In this document: positions 20,701 to 29,199 of the stretch, piece after piece | Numbering within the stretch: position 1 is the first letter of the stretch | Layout: each line of letters begins with the position of its first letter | Assembly (NCBI GenBank): GCA_965263195.1 | Contig: OZ253664.1 | Coordinates: forward strand, 1,922,250-1,986,249 | DNA from: Vicinamibacterales bacterium | GTDB taxonomy: Bacteria > Acidobacteriota > Vicinamibacteria > Vicinamibacterales > UBA8438 | Direction of reading: 5' to 3' | Length of the DNA stretch: 64,000 bases | Program-made: the position numbers and the translations under genes | The notes under the pieces: generated by a model | Seen by the model: only the letters and a program-made list of their open reading frames with translations | What the model was told of the DNA's origin: nothing | Databases searched by the model: none

Positions 20701-21137
20701 AGGCGCTGGGCCGCCCGGACCGCTCGCCCAACGAGACCATCCGCGCCAGGCTGCTGGATACGGCGCCCCGCGACATCTCCGAGCTGCTCCCGCAGCTCGA
20801 GCCGCGTGCCGCGGAGCTGGCGGCGGTCGCCATCGGGCGGCTGCGCGAGCGCGGCGAACGTGAATCGCACGAGCTGGAAGTGACGCTTCGCCGGCAGCGG
20901 GAGCGGATTGCCGAAGAGCTCGCCCGCCACGAAGGCCAGTTCCAGCAGATCGCGCTGGATTTCGACGAGGACGAGCGGCGGGAGCTGCAGGGCAACATGC
21001 GCTACTGGCGCATGCGCCTGGATCAGTTCGACCGCGACCTGAATCGGGAACCGGCGCGCATCCGGGCGTTCTACGAGGTGCAGGCGCGGCGCATCGAGCC
21101 GGTCGGCCTCGTCTATCTGTGGCCGGAGACCAACTGA
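17799..21137 (+). CDS. drmD: DISARM SNF2-like helicase DrmD
   Basis: [89 protein letters not shown], C-terminal [10 protein letters not shown]; synteny with drmMI/A/B/C. Confidence 0.93.
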   Translation: [1112 protein letters not shown]

Positions 21138-21169
21138 CTTAGTCTTCGCCTTAGTCTAAACTGGTGACC
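21134..21169 (+). promoter_or_regulatory. Putative internal promoter/operator of the phd-vapC-drmMI unit
   Basis: CTGACT (21134), 17 bp, TAAACT (21157), 7 nt, ATG 21170; contains the palindrome GACT-T-AGTC and a direct repeat CTTAGTCT x2. Confidence 0.55.
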
Positions 21170-21400
21170 ATGACCGTCAGCGTTCACGAAGCGAAGACCC
21201 ACCTCTCCCGGTTGCTGCGGCAGATTGCTGCCGGAGAAGACGTCATCATCACCCGCTCGGGGCAACCGGTGGCGCGTCTCGTGCCGATCAACGAAACCAG
21301 GCGCACGTTCGGCCACGATCGCGGGCGATTCGTAGTGCCGGACGACTTCGACGCCCCGCTCGATGAGGAATTGCTGCGCGCCTTCGAAGGGCGAGATTGA
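21170..21400 (+). CDS. Phd/YefM family antitoxin
   Basis: TVSVHEAKTHLSRLL..IAAGEDVIITRSGQPVARLVP...VPDDFDAPL. Confidence 0.93.
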   Translation: MTVSVHEAKTHLSRLLRQIAAGEDVIITRSGQPVARLVPINETRRTFGHDRGRFVVPDDFDAPLDEELLRAFEGRD

Positions 21401-21795
21401 GGTTCCTCCTCGACACGCACTGCTGGCTCTGGTTGCAGACCGAACCCGAGCGCTTTTCCCGGAGTCTGGAGGACGCGCTTGCCGATCCGTCGTCGGATCT
21501 GCACCTGTCCGCGGCGAGCGCCTGGGAGATCGGGATCAAGCATGCGGCCGGTCGGCTTGCGCTTCCGGAGCCCCCTGCTGTCTACGTCGCTGAAAGCATG
21601 CGCCGGAGCGGCGCCACAGGACTTCCGATCACTCACATCCACGCGCTGGCAGCCGCCGCGCTGCCGCTGCACCATCGCGACCCGTTCGACCGGGTGCTGG
21701 TGGCGCAAGCCCAGGTGGAAGGGCTCACATTGGTGACCGCCGACGCGGCGCTCCAACGCTACGACGTCAGCCTCACCTTCGTACCGCCCGCGTAG
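21397..21795 (+). CDS. vapC: Type II TA toxin, VapC PIN domain
   Basis: FLLDTH, SAASAWEIGIK, HHRDPFDRVLVAQA, LVTAD. Confidence 0.93.
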   Translation: MRFLLDTHCWLWLQTEPERFSRSLEDALADPSSDLHLSAASAWEIGIKHAAGRLALPEPPAVYVAESMRRSGATGLPITHIHALAAAALPLHHRDPFDRVLVAQAQVEGLTLVTADAALQRYDVSLTFVPPA

Positions 21796-21798
21796 CGC

Positions 21799-24700
21799 AT
21801 GCCGAAGCTCGACCCGCAGATAGCCGCGCACCTGGAATGGATCGGCTTTGTCCGGCCGACCGGCCTCGTGGTGTCGGCGCCGGCCCTGGCCCGGGCGGGG
21901 GCCATTCTCCCGCGCGATCCCGAGGGGCAGCGGCTCCTGCGCGCCTGCGCTGCCGAGCGCCGCTTCGACCCCCACGGAGAGCCGGAACCGTACCTTCCGG
22001 ACTTTCGGGAATTCGCCGGGGAGGTGCTCGGCTGGAGTTTCTCGCCGAAGGGGTATGCGGGCACGGATGACTGCCCGATCCCGCCCGAGCTGGAGACGCT
22101 GCTGCACGCCGGCGGGGAGCTGCTGCGCCCCGACTTCGCCGTGCGCGAGCGCGACCCGCGCGAGAACGCGCCCGCCTGGCAACTGCTCGTCTGCATGATC
22201 GAACGGGGCCAGGACTTCGACCGCGCCAGCGGCGGCGCGGGCCGCCTGGAGGTATCGGCGCACGGACGGATGGAACGGCTGCTGCGGCAGACCGGCGTCC
22301 CCGCCGGCCTGCTATTCAACGGCCGCTCCATGCGGCTCGTCTCGGCGCCCCGCGGCGAGAGCTCCGGCTGGCTCGACCTGCACGTGGCCGACATGGTCAA
22401 GACCGCCGGCCGGCCCATGGTGGCCGCGCTGCGGCTGCTCCTCAGCCAGAAGCGGCTCCTTGCCATGCGACGCGACGAACGTTTCGCCGCGCTCCTCCAG
22501 GACAGCCGGCGCTTCCAGAACGAGGTGAGCGAGCGGCTGGCCGAGCAGGTGCTGCATGCCCTGTACGAGCTGCTGCGCGGCGTGCAGGCGGCTGACGACG
22601 CGTCGAAGGGCGCGCTGCTGCGCGAGCCCCTGGCCGAGCGTCCCGACGACATCTACCACGCGCTGCTCACCGTCATCCTGCGCCTCGTCTTCCTGCTCTA
22701 CGCCGAGGAGCGCGACCTGCTGCCGGACGGCGAAACGTTCGCGCGCCACTACTCCCTCGCCGGCCTGTACGAGCGACTGCGCGAGGACGCCGCGCTCCAC
22801 CCCGACACCATGAACCAGCGTTACGGCGCTTGGGCGCAGCTCCTGGTGCTGTTCCGGCTGTTCCACGACGGCGCCGACGCCGACGGACTGCGCCTGCCCC
22901 GACGCCACGGCGCACTGTTCGACCCCGACCGCTTCCCGTTTCTGGAGGGCCGCGGGAGCGCCGGGGGGCGCCAGATCCACGAGCGGATCGAGCCGCCGCT
23001 GGTACCCGACGGCACCCTCTACCGCGCGCTCGACAAGCTGCTGCTGCTCGACGGCGAGCGCATCTCGTACCGCGCCCTCGACGTCGAGCAGATCGGCTCG
23101 GTCTACGAGACGATGATGGGTTTCCGGCTCGAAACCGCCCGCGGCCGCTCGGTGGCGATCAAGGCCCAGAAGAAACACGGCGCGCCGACCGCCGTCGACC
23201 TCGAAGCACTGGCCGCCGTGCCGGGCGGACGCCGGGCCCAGTGGCTGCGGGAGCGGACCGACCGCGCGCTCACCGACACCGTCCGCAAGCCGGTGGCCGC
23301 GGCCGAGACCGTCGCCGACCTGCACGCCGCCTTGCAACCCGTTATCGACACCGCCGCCACGCCCGACCTCGTACCGCCCGGCGCCCTCGTGCTGCAGCCG
23401 AGCGAGGCGCGCCGCCGCTCCGGGTCGCACTACACCCCGCGCGAGCTGACCGAACCGATCGTCCGCACCACGCTGGAGCCGATCCTCGCCCGCCTGCGCG
23501 GCCCCGGCGGCGAGCCGCCCCCGCCCGAGGCGATCCTCGACCTGAAGGTCTGCGACCCCGCCATGGGTTCCGGCGCCTTCCTCGTCGAAGCCTGCCGCCA
23601 GCTCGGCGACGCGCTCATCGAAGCGTGGCGCGCCCACGAGGCCGCCCCCGAGTTGCCGGCCGGCGATGACGAAGTGACCGTCGCGCGCCGCCTCATCGCC
23701 CAGCGCTGCCTCTACGGCGTCGACCGCAACCCCATGGCCGTCGACCTCGCCAAGGTATCGCTCTGGCTCGCCACGCTGGCGAAGGAGCACGCCCTCACGT
23801 TCGTCGACCACGCGCTCCGGCACGGCGACTCGCTGGTCGGCCTCTCGCAGCGCCAGATCGAGGCGTTCCACTGGGACACCAGCAGCAAGAACTCCCAGCA
23901 GGGATTCGAGACAATCCCCGCGCGCGAGCAGGTCGCCAAGGTCGCCGCCCTGCGCCGCCGCATCCGCGAGGCGGACGCCAGCGTCCCGGACTGGGACCTG
24001 CGCGACTGGTGGAACGAAGCCCGGTTCGAGCTCGACAAGGTGCGCCTGTTCGGCGACCTGGCGACCGCCGCCTTCTTCGAGGGGAGCAAACCGAAGGAGC
24101 GCGAAGCGAAGCGCGCAGAGTACGCCGCTGCCGTCATCGAGGGTCAGGCCGATCAGTTCCGCGGCGAGCTCGACGAGCGCCGCCGGGACGATCCGCCCCT
24201 GGCGCCGTTCCACTGGGAGATCGAGTTCCCGGAGGTATTCGAGCGGGAGGCTCTAGCCGAAAGCGTGGAGGGAAATTCTTCACGTGAGAAAGCCCGAGGG
24301 TTTGATGCGATCATTGGCAATCCACCGTTTGCTGGCGGTACCAAGATATCGTCCATCCTCGGCACCAGCTATCTTGACTGGCTCCTTTATCTCCATACGG
24401 GAACCCATGGCAACGCGGATCTCGTGGCCCACTTCTTCAGACGTGCGTTCGCTCTCCTCCGCACTCATGGCGCGTTCGGGCTGATCGCAACGAACACCAT
24501 CGCTCAGGGGGATACGCGCGCCAGTGGCCTACGCTGGATCTGCAACAACGGTGGAGAGATCTACGACGCGCGCCGGCGGGTCAAGTGGCCCGGACTGGCT
24601 GCAGTAGTAGTGAGCGTCCTGCATCTGTGTAAGGGATCATCTCTCCCTGTGGCCAAGCGCCTCGACGAGAGACACGTCGAGAAGATAACGGCCTTTCTCT

Positions 24701-25905
24701 TCCATCGAGGCGGTCATGATGATCCGATTCGGCTATCGGCAAATGCGGGCAAGAGTTATTTGGGCTCAAAGGTCTACGGTCAGGGCTTCCTCTTCGACGA
24801 TATGGACGCGAAGAAGGTCGCCTCACCGCTGGCCGAGATGCACCGTCTCATCGGGAAGGACCCTCGCAACCAGGATGTGATCGTCCCTTACATCGGAGGG
24901 CAGGAGGTCAACACCCGCCCGACGCATGCGCATCACCGCTACGTCATCAACTTCCGCGATTATCCGTTACGCCGGACCGCCGTCGAAGCGCGCGACACTC
25001 CCATCACTGGCGCGGGCGACGGGCTCACCCAACGGGCGGCGTCATGGACCGGCGCACCGGATAAGCAGCGACGCACGTGGCTGCAGCGGGGGCGAGTCCC
25101 GCTCGATTATCCCGATCCGGTGGCTGCGGACTGGCCCGACGTGCTGGCGATTGTGGAGGAGCGCGTGAAGCCTGAGCGCGCGAAGCTAGGTCAAGGACCG
25201 GATGCACTTCGGCGAAAGTGGAACTGGTGGCTGTGGGGAAGATACACGCCCGCTCTGTTTCGGTCCGTCGCCCGCATGGAGCGAGTGTTGGCGATATCGC
25301 GCCACGGCCACCACGGAGCGTTCGCCTTTCTGCCTGCGCGCACCGTTTTTTCCGAAGCGCTCGTCGTATTTCCCCTACACACCTTCGCCGCGTTCTCCGC
25401 ACTCCAGTCCCGGCCTCACGAGACCTGGGCTCACTTCTTCGGGTCGTCACTAAAGGACGACCTCCGCTACACACCATCCGACTGCTTCCAGTCCTTTCCG
25501 TTCCCCGACAGCTGGGAAACCGATCCTGCCCTCGAAGCCACCGGCAATGAGTACTACGAATTCCGCGCCAACCTGATGGTCCGCAACGACGAGGGACTGA
25601 CGACGACCTACAACCGTTTCCACGACCCGTACGAGGACGATCCGGACATCTCAAAGCTCCGTGAGCTCCACGCCGCCATGGACCGCGCCGTCCTCGACGC
25701 CTACGGCTGGACCGACATCCCCACCGACTGCGAGTTCATCCTCGATTACGAGATCGACGACGAAGCGTGGGGCAACAGGAAGAAGCCTTACCGCTACCGC
25801 TGGCCCGACGACGTTCGCAACGAAGTCCTCGCCCGGTTGCTGGAACTCAACGCCGAACGAGCCGCTGAGGAAACCCGTGCCAGCCATGGCCAACGTCTTT
25901 CGTGA
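21799..25905 (+). CDS. drmMI: DISARM N6-adenine DNA methyltransferase DrmMI (Eco57I/type IIG-like)
   Basis: RISYRALDVEQIGSVYE, RRRSGSHYTP, CDPAMGSGAFL (motif I), YGVD.NP, GNPPF (motif IV), C-terminal TRD-like region, RWPDDVRNEVLARLLELN. Confidence 0.92.
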   Translation: MPKLDPQIAAHLEWIGFVRPTGLVVSAPALARAGAILPRDPEGQRLLRACAAERRFDPHGEPEPYLPDFREFAGEVLGWSFSPKGYAGTDDCPIPPELETLLHAGGELLRPDFAVRERDPRENAPAWQLLVCMIERGQDFDRASGGAGRLEVSAHGRMERLLRQTGVPAGLLFNGRSMRLVSAPRGESSGWLDLHVADMVKTAGRPMVAALRLLLSQKRLLAMRRDERFAALLQDSRRFQNEVSERLAEQVLHALYELLRGVQAADDASKGALLREPLAERPDDIYHALLTVILRLVFLLYAEERDLLPDGETFARHYSLAGLYERLREDAALHPDTMNQRYGAWAQLLVLFRLFHDGADADGLRLPRRHGALFDPDRFPFLEGRGSAGGRQIHERIEPPLVPDGTLYRALDKLLLLDGERISYRALDVEQIGSVYETMMGFRLETARGRSVAIKAQKKHGAPTAVDLEALAAVPGGRRAQWLRERTDRALTDTVRKPVAAAETVADLHAALQPVIDTAATPDLVPPGALVLQPSEARRRSGSHYTPRELTEPIVRTTLEPILARLRGPGGEPPPPEAILDLKVCDPAMGSGAFLVEACRQLGDALIEAWRAHEAAPELPAGDDEVTVARRLIAQRCLYGVDRNPMAVDLAKVSLWLATLAKEHALTFVDHALRHGDSLVGLSQRQIEAFHWDTSSKNSQQGFETIPAREQVAKVAALRRRIREADASVPDWDLRDWWNEARFELDKVRLFGDLATAAFFEGSKPKEREAKRAEYAAAVIEGQADQFRGELDERRRDDPPLAPFHWEIEFPEVFEREALAESVEGNSSREKARGFDAIIGNPPFAGGTKISSILGTSYLDWLLYLHTGTHGNADLVAHFFRRAFALLRTHGAFGLIATNTIAQGDTRASGLRWICNNGGEIYDARRRVKWPGLAAVVVSVLHLCKGSSLPVAKRLDERHVEKITAFLFHRGGHDDPIRLSANAGKSYLGSKVYGQGFLFDDMDAKKVASPLAEMHRLIGKDPRNQDVIVPYIGGQEVNTRPTHAHHRYVINFRDYPLRRTAVEARDTPITGAGDGLTQRAASWTGAPDKQRRTWLQRGRVPLDYPDPVAADWPDVLAIVEERVKPERAKLGQGPDALRRKWNWWLWGRYTPALFRSVARMERVLAISRHGHHGAFAFLPARTVFSEALVVFPLHTFAAFSALQSRPHETWAHFFGSSLKDDLRYTPSDCFQSFPFPDSWETDPALEATGNEYYEFRANLMVRNDEGLTTTYNRFHDPYEDDPDISKLRELHAAMDRAVLDAYGWTDIPTDCEFILDYEIDDEAWGNRKKPYRYRWPDDVRNEVLARLLELNAERAAEETRASHGQRLS

Positions 25906-26170
25906 GCGCAAACGATACGTACACGATGCTTCAAGGAGCCGTGGAGGATGCCGGCAGAACGAGAAACGTCAATCCCGCCACACACCATGCACAACGATAC
26001 GTCGCGACCATTCGATTCAGGCAACCCTGCCCAACTCCATGTGAAAACGATCAACTACCGGTGACAAAAGAAGATGCGATGATGTTTCGGCGTGTCGTTG
26101 CCTCCGATAGATACTGCCGACAATGCGTAACGTCGACGCATAGCATGCCTTTAGCGGATTGGAGGTGCAC

Positions 26171-26959
26171 GTGAGGTTCGCACTTGTGAATGGAATAAGG
26201 TCCGAAGCTCAACCGAAACGGCGGGGCAAGTGCCCGTGTTGCCGGAGCGGTGTTATAGCAAAATGCGGACGGTTCAAAATATGGCATTGGTCTCATGAGA
26301 GACGTGAAGACTGCGATTCTTGGTCGGAACCTGAAACGGAATGGCACAGGTCCTGGAAGAATGAGTTTCCTGCGGAGTGGCAGGAAGTTGTTCATATCGA
26401 TTCCGACGGTGGCGAAAGGCATATCGCTGACGTAAAGACCGAGCACGGATTGGTAATCGAGTTTCAACACTCTTCCATAGCCAAAGAAGAGATGCAGTGC
26501 CGGGAAGCCTTTTACAAGAGGCTCATCTGGATTGTTGACGGCCAACCCGAGCACGATTCTACGAATGCATACTACTTCAGGATGGGGTTAGAAAAACTAA
26601 TTTCCGCCGACCCAAAGGCTTACAGGGTGCGTTGGTACGGGTAGGGCCGGCTTCTCCACAAGTGGGCAGAACCGAAGACAGATGTGTACTTGGATTTTGG
26701 AAGAACAAGAATAACAACCCAGGATTTCTTATGGAGACTAATGGCATTTGATCAGGGCAAGAAGGAGGGAATCGTCGTTCCCATTGCTCGTGAAGAGCTG
26801 ATAGAAAATTGCAGAAATAGCGCTTCCGTTCTGGGAACGAGTACTGAGAAGAATAAGATTCTCCAACAAATAAGGAGAGCATATGATGAGGAGAATCGTG
26901 AAGAGCAAGAATCACGTCGACGGACGAATGGGAAAGAAGGCCAGTTGAGCCTATTGTGA
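26171..26959 (+). pseudogene. CoiA-like Zn-ribbon + PD-(D/E)xK nuclease with an in-frame TAG
   Basis: GGAGG RBS; CPCC..VIAKCG..KIWHWSH, ETEWHRSWK, HIADV, VIEFQHS, WIVDG. TAG at 26642-26644, after which the same frame continues (GRLLHKW...VYLDFG) to 26959. AT-richer than the flanks. Confidence 0.8.
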
Positions 26960-27136
26960 CAGATTAACGAGGCGGACTTTGGCACTCGGCTGGACGAATC
27001 CGCTGTGATTGGACCAGCTGCAAGGCCGGTTGATTAACAGCATGTTGGGCAGGTTGGGAGACCCTGTGAGTCATGTCAGGGGTCGCAGCTGCTACGGCGC
27101 GCTGCGCGGGAAGGAACACACAGCTATAGACCCGGA

Positions 27137-27399
27137 TCATGCGTGGCAGCGAGTGAGTCGCCTTCGAACCTCGGTTTTCGGCAACCTGCAGCGAGGATGA
27201 ATGCTGATCGCTTGAAGACCCGCGTGCAGGTCATCTGGGCTGACAACGGCTTCGTCGAGCATCCGATCGAGCAGCCAGAGGACACCGTGACAGTTGACGC
27301 CTCTACCCTCAATCCCCGCTGCCGGAGATCGTTGCCGCCAAAGGGTTTCAGTTCGCGTTCAAGGTCCAACAGAACGGACGTATCCGAAACCAGGATCAT
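27137..27399 (-). pseudogene. PIN-domain protein remnant (partner of ImmA/IrrE)
   Basis: MILVSDTSVLLDLER|ELKPFGG..GLRVE, then a frameshift into GVNCHGVLWLLDRMLDE...HPRCRLPK...CHA*; the central PIN core is missing. Confidence 0.7.
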
Positions 27400-27414
27400 T
27401 ACTGCGCACTTGGC

Positions 27415-27848
27415 CTACGATGCGCTGGCGGCGTCAGCCTCCGGTGGCTGTTCCATCTGGCGGTTCAGATCGTGGACCGTGATTCCCAGAAGCTCGGCAG
27501 CCTTGGATTCAGGGATCGCGCCTTCCGCCAATGCGCGGAAGCACAGCCGCTCGAAACGCGCGAGCCTCTCTACGTTCATCGCGCAGGGCTCGTCGTATGG
27601 GGGACGGCTCCAACCGATGGACGTGCGTCGTTTGCCGACCATGGCCCAGAGCGCTTCCGCGGGCATGAGGATAGCCTCGGCGAAACGATGTGCGGCATCC
27701 TCATCGTCGACCTTCGGGCCGAAGCCCAGCACCAAGTGGCCCAACTCGTGCGCCATCGTGAACCGTCGCCGTTCTCCCCACTTCGCTCGTTGCACAACGA
27801 TCACCGGCACGACCCTACCGTCACCGCACCGGACGCGCGGCCATCGAT
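27415..27848 (-). pseudogene. ImmA/IrrE (DUF955) metallopeptidase remnant; N-terminal HTH lost
   Basis: PVIVV..GERRRFTMAHELGHLVL, AHRFA..ILMPAEAL, RFERLCFRALAEG.I.ESKAAELLG. No start or HTH; frameshift near IDG; apparent internal deletion after SIGWS. Confidence 0.8.
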
Positions 27849-28066
27849 AGCGGCCGCTCGGTCAGCCGCAGGCAGGGCACCGAGTTTCGCGTCCACAACA
27901 AGGACGGCCGGATTGCCGGCAGCGACAGCCATGGCGGCGATCCGTATCCACCCAAGGGTTGACGGCGAAGGCGTCCGTGTAAATGCGACCAGAAGAGCCG
28001 AAGGACGCCACGGCGATCAACATCGCCTACTGGCATGACCTCGACGAGTGTGGCCTTCCACGCTCT

Positions 28067-28483
28067 TTATGTCACTGCCGGCACGTCGACCCCGGCTGCC
28101 TGTCCGGCGGCACGGAGGGCTTGGTCCAGCGTGGCGAGCGGCATCCGCATCCGCACGGCGAGTTCGAGGTACATCGCATCGTAGACGGAGATCCGGTGCG
28201 TGTTCGCCAGGTCGAGCGCGGCACCCCATGTGCGAGACGCCACGACGGGGTCGATGTCGATCGGCAGCGCGTCGAGGTGCGAGCGAATGCGAGGCCACTC
28301 GCCCTGAACGATTCGGCCGCGGCGGGTGGCGACGAGCAGAGCGTTGGCCGTTTCGATCGGCCAGAGGGCCGGGACGAAGGCACGAGTCTCGACCAGCGTA
28401 TCGCGCAACCGGTCAGTCGCGTCGGTCGCCTCGTCGGGGAAAATCCACGCCATCGTGACCGAGCAGTCGAGCACGAACGCCAT
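28067..28483 (-). CDS. vapC: VapC PIN toxin (orphaned)
   Basis: FVLDCSVTMAWIFPDE, IETANAL, SVYDAMYLELA, LATLD; acidic PIN residues present. Confidence 0.9.
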   Translation of the reverse strand: MAFVLDCSVTMAWIFPDEATDATDRLRDTLVETRAFVPALWPIETANALLVATRRGRIVQGEWPRIRSHLDALPIDIDPVVASRTWGAALDLANTHRISVYDAMYLELAVRMRMPLATLDQALRAAGQAAGVDVPAVT

Positions 28484-28533
28484 CAGTAGCGCCGTCCCTC
28501 CTCGATCATCTGGCGCACCGGCAGCCCGACCTG
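28483..28533 (-). pseudogene. C-terminal remnant of a Phd/YefM-type antitoxin
   Basis: QVGLPVRQMIEEGRRY* with a TGATG overlap into vapC; in-frame TAG immediately upstream (28534-28536) and no N-terminal domain. Confidence 0.65.
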
Positions 28534-28735
28534 CTACTCGCCGCTATCGGGGACGGGCAGGTGTAGCCGTTCCAGCGTTTCGAGGCGCTGTTCGACCTTC
28601 CCGAAGGCGAATTCGCCGGCAAGCATGTCCCGAGGAACGGGGCCCACGCCGCCGCCATCTCGCGTCGCGCGCCCGCGCCACGCCCGGCGCTTGGCAGTCG
28701 GTCGTCTGGTCGGCGCCCGCGGCCCACGATCCCGC

Positions 28736-28800
28736 TTGACACTCGAACCTGTTTATTCTTAACCTTAAATCAAGAATTTTCGATAGCAAACTTGATAGGA
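28736..28800 (+). promoter_or_regulatory. AT-rich promoter/operator region for the DUF4258-MqsA-like TA
   Basis: TTGACA (28736), 18 bp, TAACCT (28760); inverted repeats ATTCTT..AAGAAT and ATCAAG..CTTGAT. Confidence 0.55.
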
Positions 28801-28890
28801 ACTAGGAATAGTCGATGAATACGAATTGTATGAAGGTGACAACTCCCCACCGCCCGCGAACATCTGCGGCGGTAGTCAGGGTTCGTGATC

Positions 28891-29196
28891 ATGGACCGCC
28901 CGCCGTCACTCACGCCGGTCGAAGCATCCGGGGCGATTCAGCGTCTGCTGGAGCCTGGATTGGACGCGATCAGCTTCGCGCGGCACGCTCACGCACGCGC
29001 TCTCGAGCGGCAGTTCAACACGCGAGACGTCGAACACGTTCTGACAACCGGTGTTGTTGGCAATCCCACATGGGATGAGCGCTTCGGAAATTGGACGTAC
29101 CGGGTGAGAGGCACCGATCTGGACGGCGACGACCTGACAGTCATCATTGCGCTCGATCCGGCATGGACGCGCATCACGATCATCACCGGATTCTGA
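28891..29196 (+). CDS. DUF4258 family putative toxin (RelE/MqsR-like fold)
   Basis: ISFARHAHARALERQFNTRDVEHVLTTG...W.YRVRGTDLDGDDLTVIIAL...ITIITGF. Confidence 0.78.
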   Translation: MDRPPSLTPVEASGAIQRLLEPGLDAISFARHAHARALERQFNTRDVEHVLTTGVVGNPTWDERFGNWTYRVRGTDLDGDDLTVIIALDPAWTRITIITGF

Positions 29197-29199
29197 AGA

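Noticed and set aside
25902-26174. 90-aa ORF overlapping the drmMI stop and the coiA start
   Set aside because: No recognisable motif or RBS and atypical composition; probably non-coding spacer, though not excluded.
26642-26644. Amber recoding (pyrrolysine or alternative genetic code) in the coiA-like gene
   Set aside because: TAG is an ordinary stop for many genes in this window and the neighbouring cargo is decaying; a nonsense mutation is simpler.
27850-28060. Possible nuclease fragment (PAVLVVDAKL on the minus strand)
   Set aside because: Too short and without a coherent frame to assign.
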